Of a stretch of 34,556 bases of DNA, positions 1 through 9,721 are shown in pieces. Source of the stretch: an uncultured Bacilli bacterium. Lineage in GTDB: Bacteria; Bacillota_I; Bacilli_A; RF39; UBA660. Numbering within the stretch: the first letter of the stretch is position 1; each line of letters begins with the position of its first letter. Location: positions 1-34,556 of the forward strand of contig CANQQV010000015.1 of assembly GCA_947626095.1 (NCBI GenBank), read 5' to 3'. The translations under genes were made by a program, and so were the position numbers. The notes under the pieces were generated by a model. That model saw only the letters and a list, made by a program, of their open reading frames with translations, was not told where the DNA came from and searched no databases.

Positions 1-554
1 CCTTTTGCACAATCCTTAGCTCGTAATCCTGCACTAATTGTTAAAGCTAAATCTAAAACTAAGAAAATAGATATAATAACTACTAATTTATGTCCTAACT
101 TTTCTGGTATTTTTCTAATTAATTTTTCAATTGGCGGATAAATCCATTTAATCCATGCAATGCCTAAAAAGCCCCATAAACAGGACATAACTAAACAAAC
201 ACGACCATTTATATTTAAAAACATATTACTATAATTCCAAGAAGAAAAACCTAATACTAGTTCCATTCCCCAGCTCATAATATATTCTAAAATTGATCCT
301 AGAAAGAAACTAATCCCAAACAAAGTAAGATATCCTTTATCTTTATAACGATATAACAAAAAAGTTAAAGCACAAGCACAAATACCATAACAAACATTAA
401 ATGGTCCAATTACTAAAGCTGAATGATTTATAAACACATGATGAACAATTAAACTAAATAAAACTTCGTAAATCCACCCAAAGATACTACCAAAGATAAA
501 TAACCAAAATAAATCATAAAATCTAACTTTTTGTTTTTTACTACTCTTCTTCAT
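1..554 (-). CDS. Putative ABC transporter permease (CmpB/DUF1113-like), 3' end runs off the window
   Basis: Not in the ORF track. Manual translation from ATG at 554 (AGGTGG RBS): MKKSSKKQKVRFYDLFWLFIFGSIFGWIYE...GPFNVVYG...LEY...WNYSNMFLNINGRVCL, with the family motifs GW.YE, P..YG and WDYS...N..GR. Confidence 0.8.
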   Translation of the reverse strand, partial: MKKSSKKQKVRFYDLFWLFIFGSIFGWIYEVLFSLIVHHVFINHSALVIGPFNVCYGICACALTFLLYRYKDKGYLTLFGISFFLGSILEYIMSWGMELVLGFSSWNYSNMFLNINGRVCLVMSCLWGFLGIAWIKWIYPPIEKLIRKIPEKLGHKLVVIISIFLVLDLALTISAGLRAKDCAK

Positions 555-584
555 TTTATCCACCTTATTATCTAAAATATAAAT

Positions 585-607
585 AAAAAAGACTGATATA
601 ATCAGTC
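585..607 (-). terminator. Intrinsic terminator after the lipoprotein gene
   Basis: GACTGAT/ATCAGTC stem followed by a T6 tract on the minus strand. Confidence 0.75.
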
Positions 608-609
608 GG

Positions 610-1170
610 TTATTTTTTGTAATTTCTAATTACTTGATATTCATAGTGATTAGATGCAATTGCATATCCTACTGAAATACCTTTACCATTATTACTAGTT
701 GCTTTATCTTCTGCTACCTTTTTGGCTTCATCTATTAATGTTTGTGCTTCTTCACTAGTTATTTCTTTATTATTGGCTTCAATTAATAATCTCGTATAAG
801 CAGGTATTTGTGGATCTTCTAATGTTTTATCAGTAAAGTAAAGACGCACTGATTCAACAATATCTTCTTTAACATCCTTTTGTTCATTAAGTGGTACTAC
901 AATTAAATAAATATCACTATCAATTGTATACCAATAACGTCCATCATTAACTTTTAAAGTTTCTTTATCAATTGGTCCTAATCCAGATGTATCAGTAATA
1001 ACTTGATTTAATATATCGATTAAACTATCTACTGTTACTTCATCAACATAACCAATAGTATTTTGTTTTTCTGGTTCTTGAGTCTCTTCTTTCTTTTCTT
1101 CTTTACTTCCACATCCTACTAAACTAAAAGCACATATTATAGCTAATAAACTAAATAATATTTTTTTCAT
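610..1170 (-). CDS. Lipoprotein of unknown function
   Basis: MKK + hydrophobic stretch + LVGC lipobox, then a charged linker. Confidence 0.8.
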   Translation of the reverse strand: MKKILFSLLAIICAFSLVGCGSKEEKKEETQEPEKQNTIGYVDEVTVDSLIDILNQVITDTSGLGPIDKETLKVNDGRYWYTIDSDIYLIVVPLNEQKDVKEDIVESVRLYFTDKTLEDPQIPAYTRLLIEANNKEITSEEAQTLIDEAKKVAEDKATSNNGKGISVGYAIASNHYEYQVIRNYKK

Positions 1171-1237
1171 TTTCTTTCTCCGTTCTAATTTATATTATAT
1201 AACAAAAAAAGAAGTTTATAAATATTACATCTTAATA

Positions 1238-1807
1238 TTATAAATCTTGTTTACTTAAGTACTTTTCAATCTTATTTAAATTATGATTAAAGATAATAGA
1301 TTCGATTATATTCATTATTGCAAAAATAATTAATACAACGCCAATTGAAGTAATTACAAGGCCTTTAGTCAGAATAATAAAACCTCCACACAAAACCATT
1401 AAAATTGAAATTAATAAACTTGTAATACCAGATACTTTATCAACAAATAGTATTTTAGTAGATAAAGTTATATTAATAATTGCTTCATAAATAACAACTA
1501 AACCAATAATTATTCTAAAAATACTTTGTAGTTCATTAGTAAAAATAATACATACAATACCTATAATAATGTTTAAAATACCAAATGATAAATCATAATT
1601 AAAAATATTATATTTACCATCATATCTAAAATAATAAAATATTTTAAGTAAGCCATTAACAATTAATAAACCACCGATTAAATAAGAGATAATATCTAAG
1701 ATACTTTTAGAAAATATTATCATAATAAGACCAAGCAAAATGGTAACACAACTAAAAAATATTGATTCATAACTATCTTGTTTTAATTTTTTTTGAATAC
1801 TTTTCAT
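1238..1807 (-). CDS. HdeD/DUF308 family membrane protein
   Basis: About six TM helices with repeated G-x-x-x-G patterns typical of DUF308 repeats. Confidence 0.75.
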   Translation of the reverse strand: MKSIQKKLKQDSYESIFFSCVTILLGLIMIIFSKSILDIISYLIGGLLIVNGLLKIFYYFRYDGKYNIFNYDLSFGILNIIIGIVCIIFTNELQSIFRIIIGLVVIYEAIINITLSTKILFVDKVSGITSLLISILMVLCGGFIILTKGLVITSIGVVLIIFAIMNIIESIIFNHNLNKIEKYLSKQDL

Positions 1808-1827
1808 TTTTTATTCTTCTTTCTTTT

Positions 1828-2511
1828 TTAATTTTCACGTCTATTAAACATTAAAATCAATCTTAAAATTTGAATTAATGTTGTCGCAACACTCGCAACG
1901 TATGTCATAGCTGCTGCTGTTAAAACTTTTTTACCAGATTTTAATTCATTACTTGTAAAAAAATGGGCATAATCAAGTTCTTTTAAAGCTCTAGAACTAG
2001 CATTAATTTCTACTGGTAAAGTTATAAGTTGAAATAATAAAATAACTACTTCTAAAATAATGCCTAACCAAATTAAATTAATCGCTCCAAACAGTAAACC
2101 TAAAACTATCGCCAAATAACCGGCATATGAAGAAAAATTAACTATTGGAACTAATTTAGCTCTAATACGCATAAATAAGTATTTTTCTTTATCTTGAATA
2201 GCATGACCACATTCATGACAGGCAACACTAACACTCGCAATAGAAGTCCCATTATAGTTATTTTTAGATAGTCGTACCTCTAACTTTTTTGGATCATAAT
2301 GATCAGTTAAATAACCACTTACTTCAACGACTTCAACATCTTCTAAACCATTCTTATCTAAAATATAACGAGCAGCTTCTCGGCCAGTTAAATTTCGTTC
2401 ATTTTTCACTTTAGCATATTTATTATAAGTTGAATTAACAAAAAACTGTGCCGCAATCGTAATAATAAAAGCGATTAATGTTAAACCATAAACAATAAAG
2501 TAATAATCCAT
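1828..2511 (-). CDS. Neutral zinc metallopeptidase (YugP/Zn_peptidase_2 family)
   Basis: LTDHYDP, VACHECGHAIQ (HExxH), ITLPVEINASSRA and AAAMTYVA motifs. Start moved to ATG 2511 behind AGGTGA. Confidence 0.9.
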   Translation of the reverse strand: MDYYFIVYGLTLIAFIITIAAQFFVNSTYNKYAKVKNERNLTGREAARYILDKNGLEDVEVVEVSGYLTDHYDPKKLEVRLSKNNYNGTSIASVSVACHECGHAIQDKEKYLFMRIRAKLVPIVNFSSYAGYLAIVLGLLFGAINLIWLGIILEVVILLFQLITLPVEINASSRALKELDYAHFFTSNELKSGKKVLTAAAMTYVASVATTLIQILRLILMFNRREN

Positions 2512-2520
2512 CTTAATCAC

Positions 2521-2763
2521 CTAGTTACTTAGCAATCTAATATAGTTTCGTATTTCTTTTTCATTTAATACTTTACCTTGACTAATTATTTTGTCATTAA
2601 TAATTAAAGCTGGCGTATTAAATACTTGATACTTAGAAAATTTTTCTTGATCCTCAATTAATTCTATCTCTAAATCTTCTGGCAGTTCTTCTACTGCCTT
2701 ATTAATATTTTTTAGAAGTTTAAGACGATTACTAGAATTTTGACCAACTATTTTTAATTTCAT
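2521..2763 (-). CDS. Small thioredoxin-like protein (Thioredoxin_3 type) lacking CxxC
   Basis: MKLKIVG...KYQVFNTPALIINDKIISQGKV pattern. Start at ATG 2763 behind AAGGAAAAGG. No cysteines. Confidence 0.7.
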   Translation of the reverse strand: MKLKIVGQNSSNRLKLLKNINKAVEELPEDLEIELIEDQEKFSKYQVFNTPALIINDKIISQGKVLNEKEIRNYIRLLSN

Positions 2764-2779
2764 ATTATCTTTTCCTTTC

Positions 2780-3418
2780 CTACTTATATAAAATAATTGC
2801 ATTAGGATAAACTTTTTTTAAATAATCATCATTATATTTATTATCGATTAAATGCCAGAAATAACTTGTTCTCTTTATATTATTCCCACGCTCCTTCATT
2901 CTAAAAGCAGCAATCCCAGAAATTATAACATCATTTATAAAGAAGGCAACTGATATAATAAATAAGGTGATTACTGTACTAGTTAAATTTATAGAAAGGA
3001 AGTATTCGTTAATTGGAAACAAAATAGATTTATAGGAGATTGTAGCAGCTAGGCCAAAAAGGATAGAATACAAAAAGTTAACTCGGCCACCTAAATTTAA
3101 AGGAAACTCACTATAATCCCAAGATATTGTTCCAAATAACTTTTCTTGAATAAAACTAGCAACATATTCCACTACAGTACTAACTACAAAGCCTACTAGA
3201 AATATTGCAAAAGAGGATTTAACCTTTAAGTAATTGCATACTAATAAAATTATTAAACCAGCTAAACCATAAATCGGAATAATAGGTTCATAAATTAAAC
3301 TTTTTCGCCACTCAAAGCGTTTATTCTTTAATAAACACCAAATAGTTTCCATTATAAACCCAACAAAAGAACCAATTAAGAAAAGCCAGAAGTAACTAAT
3401 AATTTTATGCACTATCAT
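2780..3418 (-). CDS. Putative ABC transporter permease (CmpB/DUF1113-like), second paralog
   Basis: GSFVGFIME, PIYG, VVEY and WDYSEFPLNLGGRV motifs, multiple TM segments. Confidence 0.85.
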   Translation of the reverse strand: MIVHKIISYFWLFLIGSFVGFIMETIWCLLKNKRFEWRKSLIYEPIIPIYGLAGLIILLVCNYLKVKSSFAIFLVGFVVSTVVEYVASFIQEKLFGTISWDYSEFPLNLGGRVNFLYSILFGLAATISYKSILFPINEYFLSINLTSTVITLFIISVAFFINDVIISGIAAFRMKERGNNIKRTSYFWHLIDNKYNDDYLKKVYPNAIILYK

Positions 3419-3531
3419 TCACCTTCTATATAAGTAAAAGTTTTCTTCCTTTTACATTTTTAAGTTTATTACTTAATTCTTAATAAATTATAATTATTTT
3501 ATTAAAAATTATTAAAAAGAAAAAAGATAAG

Positions 3532-4812
3532 TTATTTCTTATCTTCGTTATAAATTGGTAATTTAAATTTTATTGCTAATCCATTATCATTAAAGGCTTT
3601 AATCGTTCCTTTATGTACTTCAACAAATTCTTTACAAATAGATAAACCCAAACCTGATATTTTTCTTGAAGGATCAGTTGTAAAAAATGGATCAAATAAT
3701 TTATCAATAATTTTTTCATCTACTCCAGGTCCATTATCAGCAATTGTAAATTCAATAAAATTATTTTTCTTTAAGATAGTAATATTGATAATTCCCTTTT
3801 CTGGAACAAACTTAGCACTATTAGAAATAATATTAGAAAAGACACGTTTAATTTTTAAAACATCAATATTTATTTTTGCCTTTTCACAATTAGTAGTAAT
3901 ATTAAATTCAATATTTTTATTATTTAATTCAATCTTATAATCTTCATTTAATTCATTGATAAGGTCTTTAATACAAACAACTGACAAATTAATCTTTTGT
4001 TTATCATAATTAACTAAATAATCATCAAATGTTGCTAATATATCTTTAATATGTAAAGCTTTTTCATGAACTTTATTACTATATTCTTTCATTTCTTTAT
4101 TAGATAGATTATCTTCCATTAAAGTAGAATAACCAATAATCGAGGTAAGTGGCGTTTTTATATCGTGAGATATACTAGCTATAATTCTTTTTTGTTCTTT
4201 CTTCTCTGCTTCTAAAGAATCAACTAAATTAACAAATTCATTTTGAATAACATCTAATTCATTATTTACTTCATTACGAACTGGTTTTTTCCCAAATTTA
4301 TAATTTCGTAAATCATTAATTATCTTTTCAATTGGTGTAATAATTAAATGACCGGTAAAAATATAAGTCGATACTATTAAAATAGCCACAATAATTATTT
4401 GAAAAGAAATTAAAGATAGAATAATATTAACCGGATTTATTCTTTTAGAAAAATAGCCATTAATAATATATAAATGATCATCTACTTTAGTAAAAGTACT
4501 AAATATTTCTAAATTATTTTCCTGTGGTTGATTATCTTTAATAATATTATTTTCTTCATCAACAATATTTAAGATAACATCATATTCTTGCGCTAAAGAA
4601 TCAATATTTTTTTCTAAATCTTCATATGAAGAATAACTAGGAGCTATTTTCTCATTAATAATTGTTTCTTTAGTATTTTCTATATTATTTAAAGAAGGCT
4701 TTATTCTTAGATAATACCAAGTAACTAATGAGATAACATTAATAAGAGCAATGATAAATAAAGTGATAATAAAATTACGACGAACTTTATGATTTTTAAA
4801 TATATTAATCAT
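3532..4812 (-). CDS. Membrane sensor histidine kinase
   Basis: Two TM helices, HAMP-like region, H-box ISHDIKTPLT, N-box NIISNSAKF, DNGPG and SGLGLSI. Confidence 0.95.
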   Translation of the reverse strand: MINIFKNHKVRRNFIITLFIIALINVISLVTWYYLRIKPSLNNIENTKETIINEKIAPSYSSYEDLEKNIDSLAQEYDVILNIVDEENNIIKDNQPQENNLEIFSTFTKVDDHLYIINGYFSKRINPVNIILSLISFQIIIVAILIVSTYIFTGHLIITPIEKIINDLRNYKFGKKPVRNEVNNELDVIQNEFVNLVDSLEAEKKEQKRIIASISHDIKTPLTSIIGYSTLMEDNLSNKEMKEYSNKVHEKALHIKDILATFDDYLVNYDKQKINLSVVCIKDLINELNEDYKIELNNKNIEFNITTNCEKAKINIDVLKIKRVFSNIISNSAKFVPEKGIINITILKKNNFIEFTIADNGPGVDEKIIDKLFDPFFTTDPSRKISGLGLSICKEFVEVHKGTIKAFNDNGLAIKFKLPIYNEDKK

Positions 4813-5497
4813 TTAAATCAACACTCTTATTAAATTTATAGCCGTAGCCCCAAATAGTTATAATATATTCATCATTATCATTTAATTTATCTCTTAAACT
4901 TTTAATATTAACAGCTACTGTGCCAATATCACCATATTCACTACCCCATACAGCTTCATAGATTTGTTCTTTAGATAAAGCAATACCTGCATTTTCCATT
5001 AAGTATCTTAATAATTCAAATTCTCTTGTTGATAAATCAACCTTTTCTCCATTATTTTTAACTTCATAACTTTCGGTATTTAAAGATATCTTCCCAATAT
5101 TAATTACTTTACCATTTCCTTTATTATTTCTTTTATTTAATCTTAAATGTGACTTTACTTTTAATAAAAGTTCAGTATTATCAAATGGTTTAGTAATATA
5201 ATCATCCCCACCTAGTTCATAACCAACAATCTTATCAACCATCTCACTCTTAGCTGAAACAAAAATAATAGGTATATTAACCAAATCTCTTATTTTAGAA
5301 CATAATTCAGTTCCACTTAAATCAGGCATCATAATATCAAGTAAGATTAAGTCATAATCAAAATTAGGATCTTTAATAAAATCTAAAGCCATTACTGAAT
5401 TATTAATTATTTTAGATTCAATTTGTTCTTTTTTTAAAATTAAAGATATTAACTCTGCGATATCTTCATCATCATCAACAATTAAAACTTTAGACAT
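4805..5497 (-). CDS. OmpR/PhoB-family response regulator
   Basis: VLIVDDD, LLDIMMP, SAK, DDYITKPF and winged-helix TIWGYGYK. Start moved to ATG 5497 behind GGAGGTG. Overlaps the kinase start. Confidence 0.95.
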   Translation of the reverse strand: MSKVLIVDDDEDIAELISLILKKEQIESKIINNSVMALDFIKDPNFDYDLILLDIMMPDLSGTELCSKIRDLVNIPIIFVSAKSEMVDKIVGYELGGDDYITKPFDNTELLLKVKSHLRLNKRNNKGNGKVINIGKISLNTESYEVKNNGEKVDLSTREFELLRYLMENAGIALSKEQIYEAVWGSEYGDIGTVAVNIKSLRDKLNDNDEYIITIWGYGYKFNKSVDLND

Positions 5498-5527
5498 AAA
5501 TACACCTCCTAGGTATAATATACCCAT

Positions 5528-5536
5528 ATTATAGCA
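5528..5536 (-). promoter_or_regulatory. Extended -10 sigmaA promoter for the two-component operon
   Basis: TGCTATAAT about 30 nt upstream of the regulator start. Confidence 0.6.
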
Positions 5537-5565
5537 CAAAGAATTTTAAGCAATTAAAAAAGCTA

Positions 5566-6261
5566 TTATTTAATAACTTTGTATTTTAACTCAATATACG
5601 AATTATTAAGTTGCTTACATTCTATTAATTCTAAAGCTTTTAATTTATTTAATTCTTCTCTCTTTGTAATAGCATCACCATCTATTAAAGTTGGAACATC
5701 TCTACCACCAACTAATATCGGCGCAATAACTATATGAACATAATCAATTAAATTCTCTCTTAAAAATAAACCATTTAATGTTCCACCAGACTGAATCGTT
5801 AAATTTTCAACTTGATATTCTAAAACTAAATCTTCTAATACCTGAGCTAAATCTAATTTATCATAAAATAGTATATCAATATTATCATATTTATTTTTAA
5901 GTTGATAAGCTGGATGATTTTTATTAGTTGTCACAAGAATCAATCTTTGCACCCATTTAGATAAATAACTAATCCCTTGTTCATTTAAATGTGGTTTATT
6001 ATCAATAATAATAAAACTACAATCAATCTTAGTTGGTTCATCCAAACGTTCATTAACCCCAATCTTTGCCATAACTCGACCAGTATTTAAAGAATATAAA
6101 TCCGTCGTTTTTTCTATTTCATAATATTGATCTAATCCTTCTTTAACTCCTGTAATTGTACACCAGTCTTTATCAACATCTAAAGTATCATTATTACCAC
6201 TATTTATTTTACCATCTAAAGACTCTAACATAAATAAGGTCGTTATAGGTTTTCTTCTCAT
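5566..6261 (-). CDS. RibD C-terminal/dihydrofolate reductase-like protein (stand-alone reductase domain)
   Basis: SLDGKI, QSGGTLN, LIDYVHIVIAPILVGG and PTLIDG motifs. No deaminase domain. Confidence 0.85.
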   Translation of the reverse strand: MRRKPITTLFMLESLDGKINSGNNDTLDVDKDWCTITGVKEGLDQYYEIEKTTDLYSLNTGRVMAKIGVNERLDEPTKIDCSFIIIDNKPHLNEQGISYLSKWVQRLILVTTNKNHPAYQLKNKYDNIDILFYDKLDLAQVLEDLVLEYQVENLTIQSGGTLNGLFLRENLIDYVHIVIAPILVGGRDVPTLIDGDAITKREELNKLKALELIECKQLNNSYIELKYKVIK

Positions 6262-6276
6262 ATTTATTTCTCCTTT

Positions 6277-7122
6277 TTATTTATTTTCTAAACTAATAAT
6301 AACTAATTCCGGACGATTATTAATCCTAAAAGGAATAATACTATTTCCTATTCCTCTACTTACCACCATTTTAGTATCATTCTTTTCATATATACCACTA
6401 GTATATTTCGGTAAGAATCCTTGATTAGGAGCTACTAAACCACCTATTAAAGGAATTCTTATCTGTCCACCATGAGCATGACCTGATATTACTAAATCAA
6501 ATTTTTCTTCGGCATAAGTATCAATTAATTCTGGACGATGAGATAATAAAATAGTAAATTCATTTTTATCATAGGTAATAGCTTTTAATTCATCTTTAAT
6601 TGTCGTCTTATCATCACGATAAGGATCTCCGTTAAACGCTGGATCATCTAAACCAATTAAATTTATTATACTATCTTTATTTTCTATTACTACATTCTTA
6701 CCATCTAATATCGTAACATTATTATTTACTAATTCTTCTTTTAATTTATCATAACTTGTAATACCAGCTTCATGATTACCAGTAACATAATAAATAGGAG
6801 CAACATCCTTTATTTCTTTTATCAAATTAATTGCTGTATCAATATCTGTTCTATTAGCATCAATCAAATCACCAGTTATAACAATTATATTAGGTTTAAT
6901 ACCACTTATTTCTTTAACTAAACTATTATGTAATTTCTTAGATTTCGTATTATGAAAATCAGATATTTGTACAATTTTATAATTATTAAATTCTTCTGGT
7001 ATTCTATCACTAGTAATAACATAATTACTTACTTGTAACATATTATTTTCATAATATAAGTAATAAGCTACTAAACTTAGTAATACAATAATTACTAAAC
7101 TAATTATTATCTTCTTTTTCAT
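6277..7122 (-). CDS. Calcineurin-like metallophosphoesterase (YkuE-like) with N-terminal anchor
   Basis: SDFH, TGDLID, GNHE, SHRP, GHAHGGQ and SRGIG motifs. Start moved to ATG 7122 behind GAGGT. Confidence 0.92.
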   Translation of the reverse strand: MKKKIIISLVIIVLLSLVAYYLYYENNMLQVSNYVITSDRIPEEFNNYKIVQISDFHNTKSKKLHNSLVKEISGIKPNIIVITGDLIDANRTDIDTAINLIKEIKDVAPIYYVTGNHEAGITSYDKLKEELVNNNVTILDGKNVVIENKDSIINLIGLDDPAFNGDPYRDDKTTIKDELKAITYDKNEFTILLSHRPELIDTYAEEKFDLVISGHAHGGQIRIPLIGGLVAPNQGFLPKYTSGIYEKNDTKMVVSRGIGNSIIPFRINNRPELVIISLENK

Positions 7123-7168
7123 TTTATAATACCTCACACTTATTTTAACATAAAAACAGAACATTTAA

Positions 7169-8068
7169 CTATTCTGTTTTATATTGAAATTGATCAGTAT
7201 GATAATATAATTCTACTTGTTCTTTAAGATCAATATCTAATTTTTCAAAAGTTCCATCAAAGTAAACTTGATCTATTTCTGGCAAAATTTCTGCGGGAAA
7301 AATTTTTTTTAAATCTTTGGCATAGGCAGTGCCATCACCAGGTATTTCATAACTATCGACAATAAATTCATCCCCATTTTTTATAACCTTAAATTTGTGA
7401 GGAATAGAAAAACCAGAATAATTAACAACATTATCATTTTTAATATCTCTAGCAAATGTTTCTTCCAATACCCAAGCATAAACATAATAAGTATTCTTTT
7501 CTTCTTTTATTAAATATGTCCTCATAGTAACAAAACTTTTTACATCATAATAACTATCATCATCAAAGCCACTTTCACTTTCTTGAGCAATATATTCTTT
7601 AATAGCCTTTTCTATTTTTAAACTATCAATATTAATTGCTGGTGCATACTTAAATCCCCACGTACTAAAAAATACTGGTTCATTATTACGCATCCTTATA
7701 ACATCTATTCCAAATAAAGTAAGTAATATTATAACTATTATAGCAATAATTGAAATCAAACAAATTGCTACTTTTCTATTACCTCTTTCTTTTTTAGCAG
7801 AATAATCTAAAGTATTAATAATATTTTCTTCAAACTTACTTTTTTGTTCTTCTTTTTTTAATTTTTCTCCACTTAATAATTCGTTAATTGTAATTCCAAG
7901 CTCATCACATAAATCTTTGATTAAAGAATAATCTGGTAAACGACGACCATTCTCCCAATTAGAAATAGCTCGATCCGTAACATTTAACTTATTAGCTAAA
8001 TCTTGTTGTGTCATCTTTTTTTCTTTACGAAGTTCGGCAATAAACTTACCAATTTTTTCTTGATTCAT
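7169..8068 (-). CDS. XRE-family HTH regulator fused to a TM helix and an extracytoplasmic domain
   Basis: IAELRKEKKMTQQDLA...AISNWENGRRLPD HTH, TM helix at about aa 101-122, about 175-aa C-terminal domain. Confidence 0.85.
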   Translation of the reverse strand: MNQEKIGKFIAELRKEKKMTQQDLANKLNVTDRAISNWENGRRLPDYSLIKDLCDELGITINELLSGEKLKKEEQKSKFEENIINTLDYSAKKERGNRKVAICLISIIAIIVIILLTLFGIDVIRMRNNEPVFFSTWGFKYAPAINIDSLKIEKAIKEYIAQESESGFDDDSYYDVKSFVTMRTYLIKEEKNTYYVYAWVLEETFARDIKNDNVVNYSGFSIPHKFKVIKNGDEFIVDSYEIPGDGTAYAKDLKKIFPAEILPEIDQVYFDGTFEKLDIDLKEQVELYYHTDQFQYKTE

Positions 8069-8135
8069 AAATTTCTTCCTTTCGTAAGTTATTGTAACTT
8101 ATTTTATGATGAGAGTATCCAAACAAAATGTGGAG

Positions 8136-8603
8136 TTATAAAGTTTTACAAACATCAACCCATTTAATATTATTTGATACTTTTTCTAATTCATTAATTT
8201 TTAATTTAACTGCACTATTAGAACTACCACAGGCAGGATATACTATTTGATGCTTTTTTAAAGATACATCTAGATATACTTTAACGTTATCATTAATTCC
8301 AAAAGGACAAACGCCACCTACACCATGACCAATTAATTTTTCTACATCTCCAGCGGGAATCATTTTAGCTTTACACTTAAATTCTTCTTTATATTTTTTA
8401 TTATCTATTTTAGAAGCTCCAGATACTACGATTAATATTGGTTCATGGAAAGATAAAAAAGATAAACTTTTAGCTATTTCATCTTCACTACATTTAAGTG
8501 CCTCTGCCGCTAAAGCAACAGTAGCTGATGAAACAGAGAACTCTTTTATTCGATCTTCTAAGTTATATTGTTTTAGATATTCTTGCGCTTTTACAAATGA
8601 CAT
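8136..8603 (-). CDS. YbaK/EbsC family aminoacyl-tRNA deacylase-like protein
   Basis: SSATVALAA, IAKSL, GGVCPFG and YPACGS motifs. Confidence 0.92.
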   Translation of the reverse strand: MSFVKAQEYLKQYNLEDRIKEFSVSSATVALAAEALKCSEDEIAKSLSFLSFHEPILIVVSGASKIDNKKYKEEFKCKAKMIPAGDVEKLIGHGVGGVCPFGINDNVKVYLDVSLKKHQIVYPACGSSNSAVKLKINELEKVSNNIKWVDVCKTL

Positions 8604-8656
8604 AATACCACTTCCTAAATTTTATATATTGTAACATGCTTTTAAATAATCATAAT

Positions 8657-8686
8657 AAAAAAATGAGGTTGTTTATTCCAACCTCA
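8657..8686 (-). terminator. Intrinsic terminator
   Basis: TGAGGTTG/CAACCTCA stem followed by a T7 tract on the minus strand. Confidence 0.75.
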
Positions 8687-8696
8687 AACAATACTA

Positions 8697-8975
8697 TTAT
8701 AAAAAGAATATTAAACAATTGACAGCAATTACTAATATTACACTAATAACCATTAATAACAAGACTGGTGCTATACAGCTATTAGCAAGCTTTTTATTTT
8801 TTTCCACGTTAATAGCATAAATTATCATTCCTACCAAAGGTAGAAAAAATGATATTATCGCCTCATGACAATAGCTCTTATCAACAAAAGATAAAGCCTT
8901 TTTAATTCCCCAAACTAGAGCTACAACAGCAGCAAATAAGAAAATAATAAAGAAAAAACCAACAACAGTTACCAT
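8697..8975 (-). CDS. Small hypothetical membrane protein (3 TM)
   Basis: GAGGTG RBS, own TGTTATAAT at 8996-9004, ISFFLPLVGMIIY hairpin-type motif. Confidence 0.7.
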   Translation of the reverse strand: MVTVVGFFFIIFLFAAVVALVWGIKKALSFVDKSYCHEAIISFFLPLVGMIIYAINVEKNKKLANSCIAPVLLLMVISVILVIAVNCLIFFL

Positions 8976-9021
8976 CCTATATCACCTCATTTATAATTAT
9001 AACAAATTAAATATAATTTAG

Positions 9022-9690
9022 CTATTTCTTATTTGAATAAGCATGACTTTCTTTAATATGTTCCATTATTACTTCATCATCTAAAGTATCATCTAAAGTA
9101 ATCGTAATCCATTTAGTTTTATTCATGTGATAAGCTTTATAATAACCATCTTTTAGTAATAACTCTTGAATCTCACTTTCATCAAGTTTAATATTTAGTA
9201 TTTCCACATCACCAGTATCATTACTAAATCGACTGCGATCAATATGCATAATTAAAGCATACCATTTTTTCGTAAGCGGATTTCTAAATATTCCCGAATC
9301 ATCATTCTCCCAAGGAAACTCTGGAGCATCATTAAATTCTTCTAAAATTAATTTCGCTAAACGATTAGTTTGCGGATAAACAAAGTTATTACCTGTTGTA
9401 CATTTATCTTTAATCCTATTAAGAAAATCTATAAACTCTTGTCTTACTTTACCAACATATTCCCCAGTTTGGGTTTTTATTCGATAATTAAAATATTCTT
9501 CATTAAAAGCTAAATCATAGATATGGCCCTCTACTTTACCAGATTTAGATATTTTAACATCAATACGAAAAGAACTATTTAAAATAGTCTTAGATATTAA
9601 ATAATTATTCCCTTCTTTAGTAAAACCATAAGGAATTAATTTATCAAACAAAATAATCCTTTTTTTAAATACTTCTTCTTCAATATTCAT
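9022..9690 (-). CDS. MmcQ/YjbR family protein
   Basis: PEFPW, KKWYALIM, NIKLD, AYHMNKTKWITI and IKESH motifs. Confidence 0.88.
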   Translation of the reverse strand: MNIEEEVFKKRIILFDKLIPYGFTKEGNNYLISKTILNSSFRIDVKISKSGKVEGHIYDLAFNEEYFNYRIKTQTGEYVGKVRQEFIDFLNRIKDKCTTGNNFVYPQTNRLAKLILEEFNDAPEFPWENDDSGIFRNPLTKKWYALIMHIDRSRFSNDTGDVEILNIKLDESEIQELLLKDGYYKAYHMNKTKWITITLDDTLDDEVIMEHIKESHAYSNKK

Positions 9691-9721
9691 AAAACCCTCT
9701 TCTAATATTTCTTACTATATC

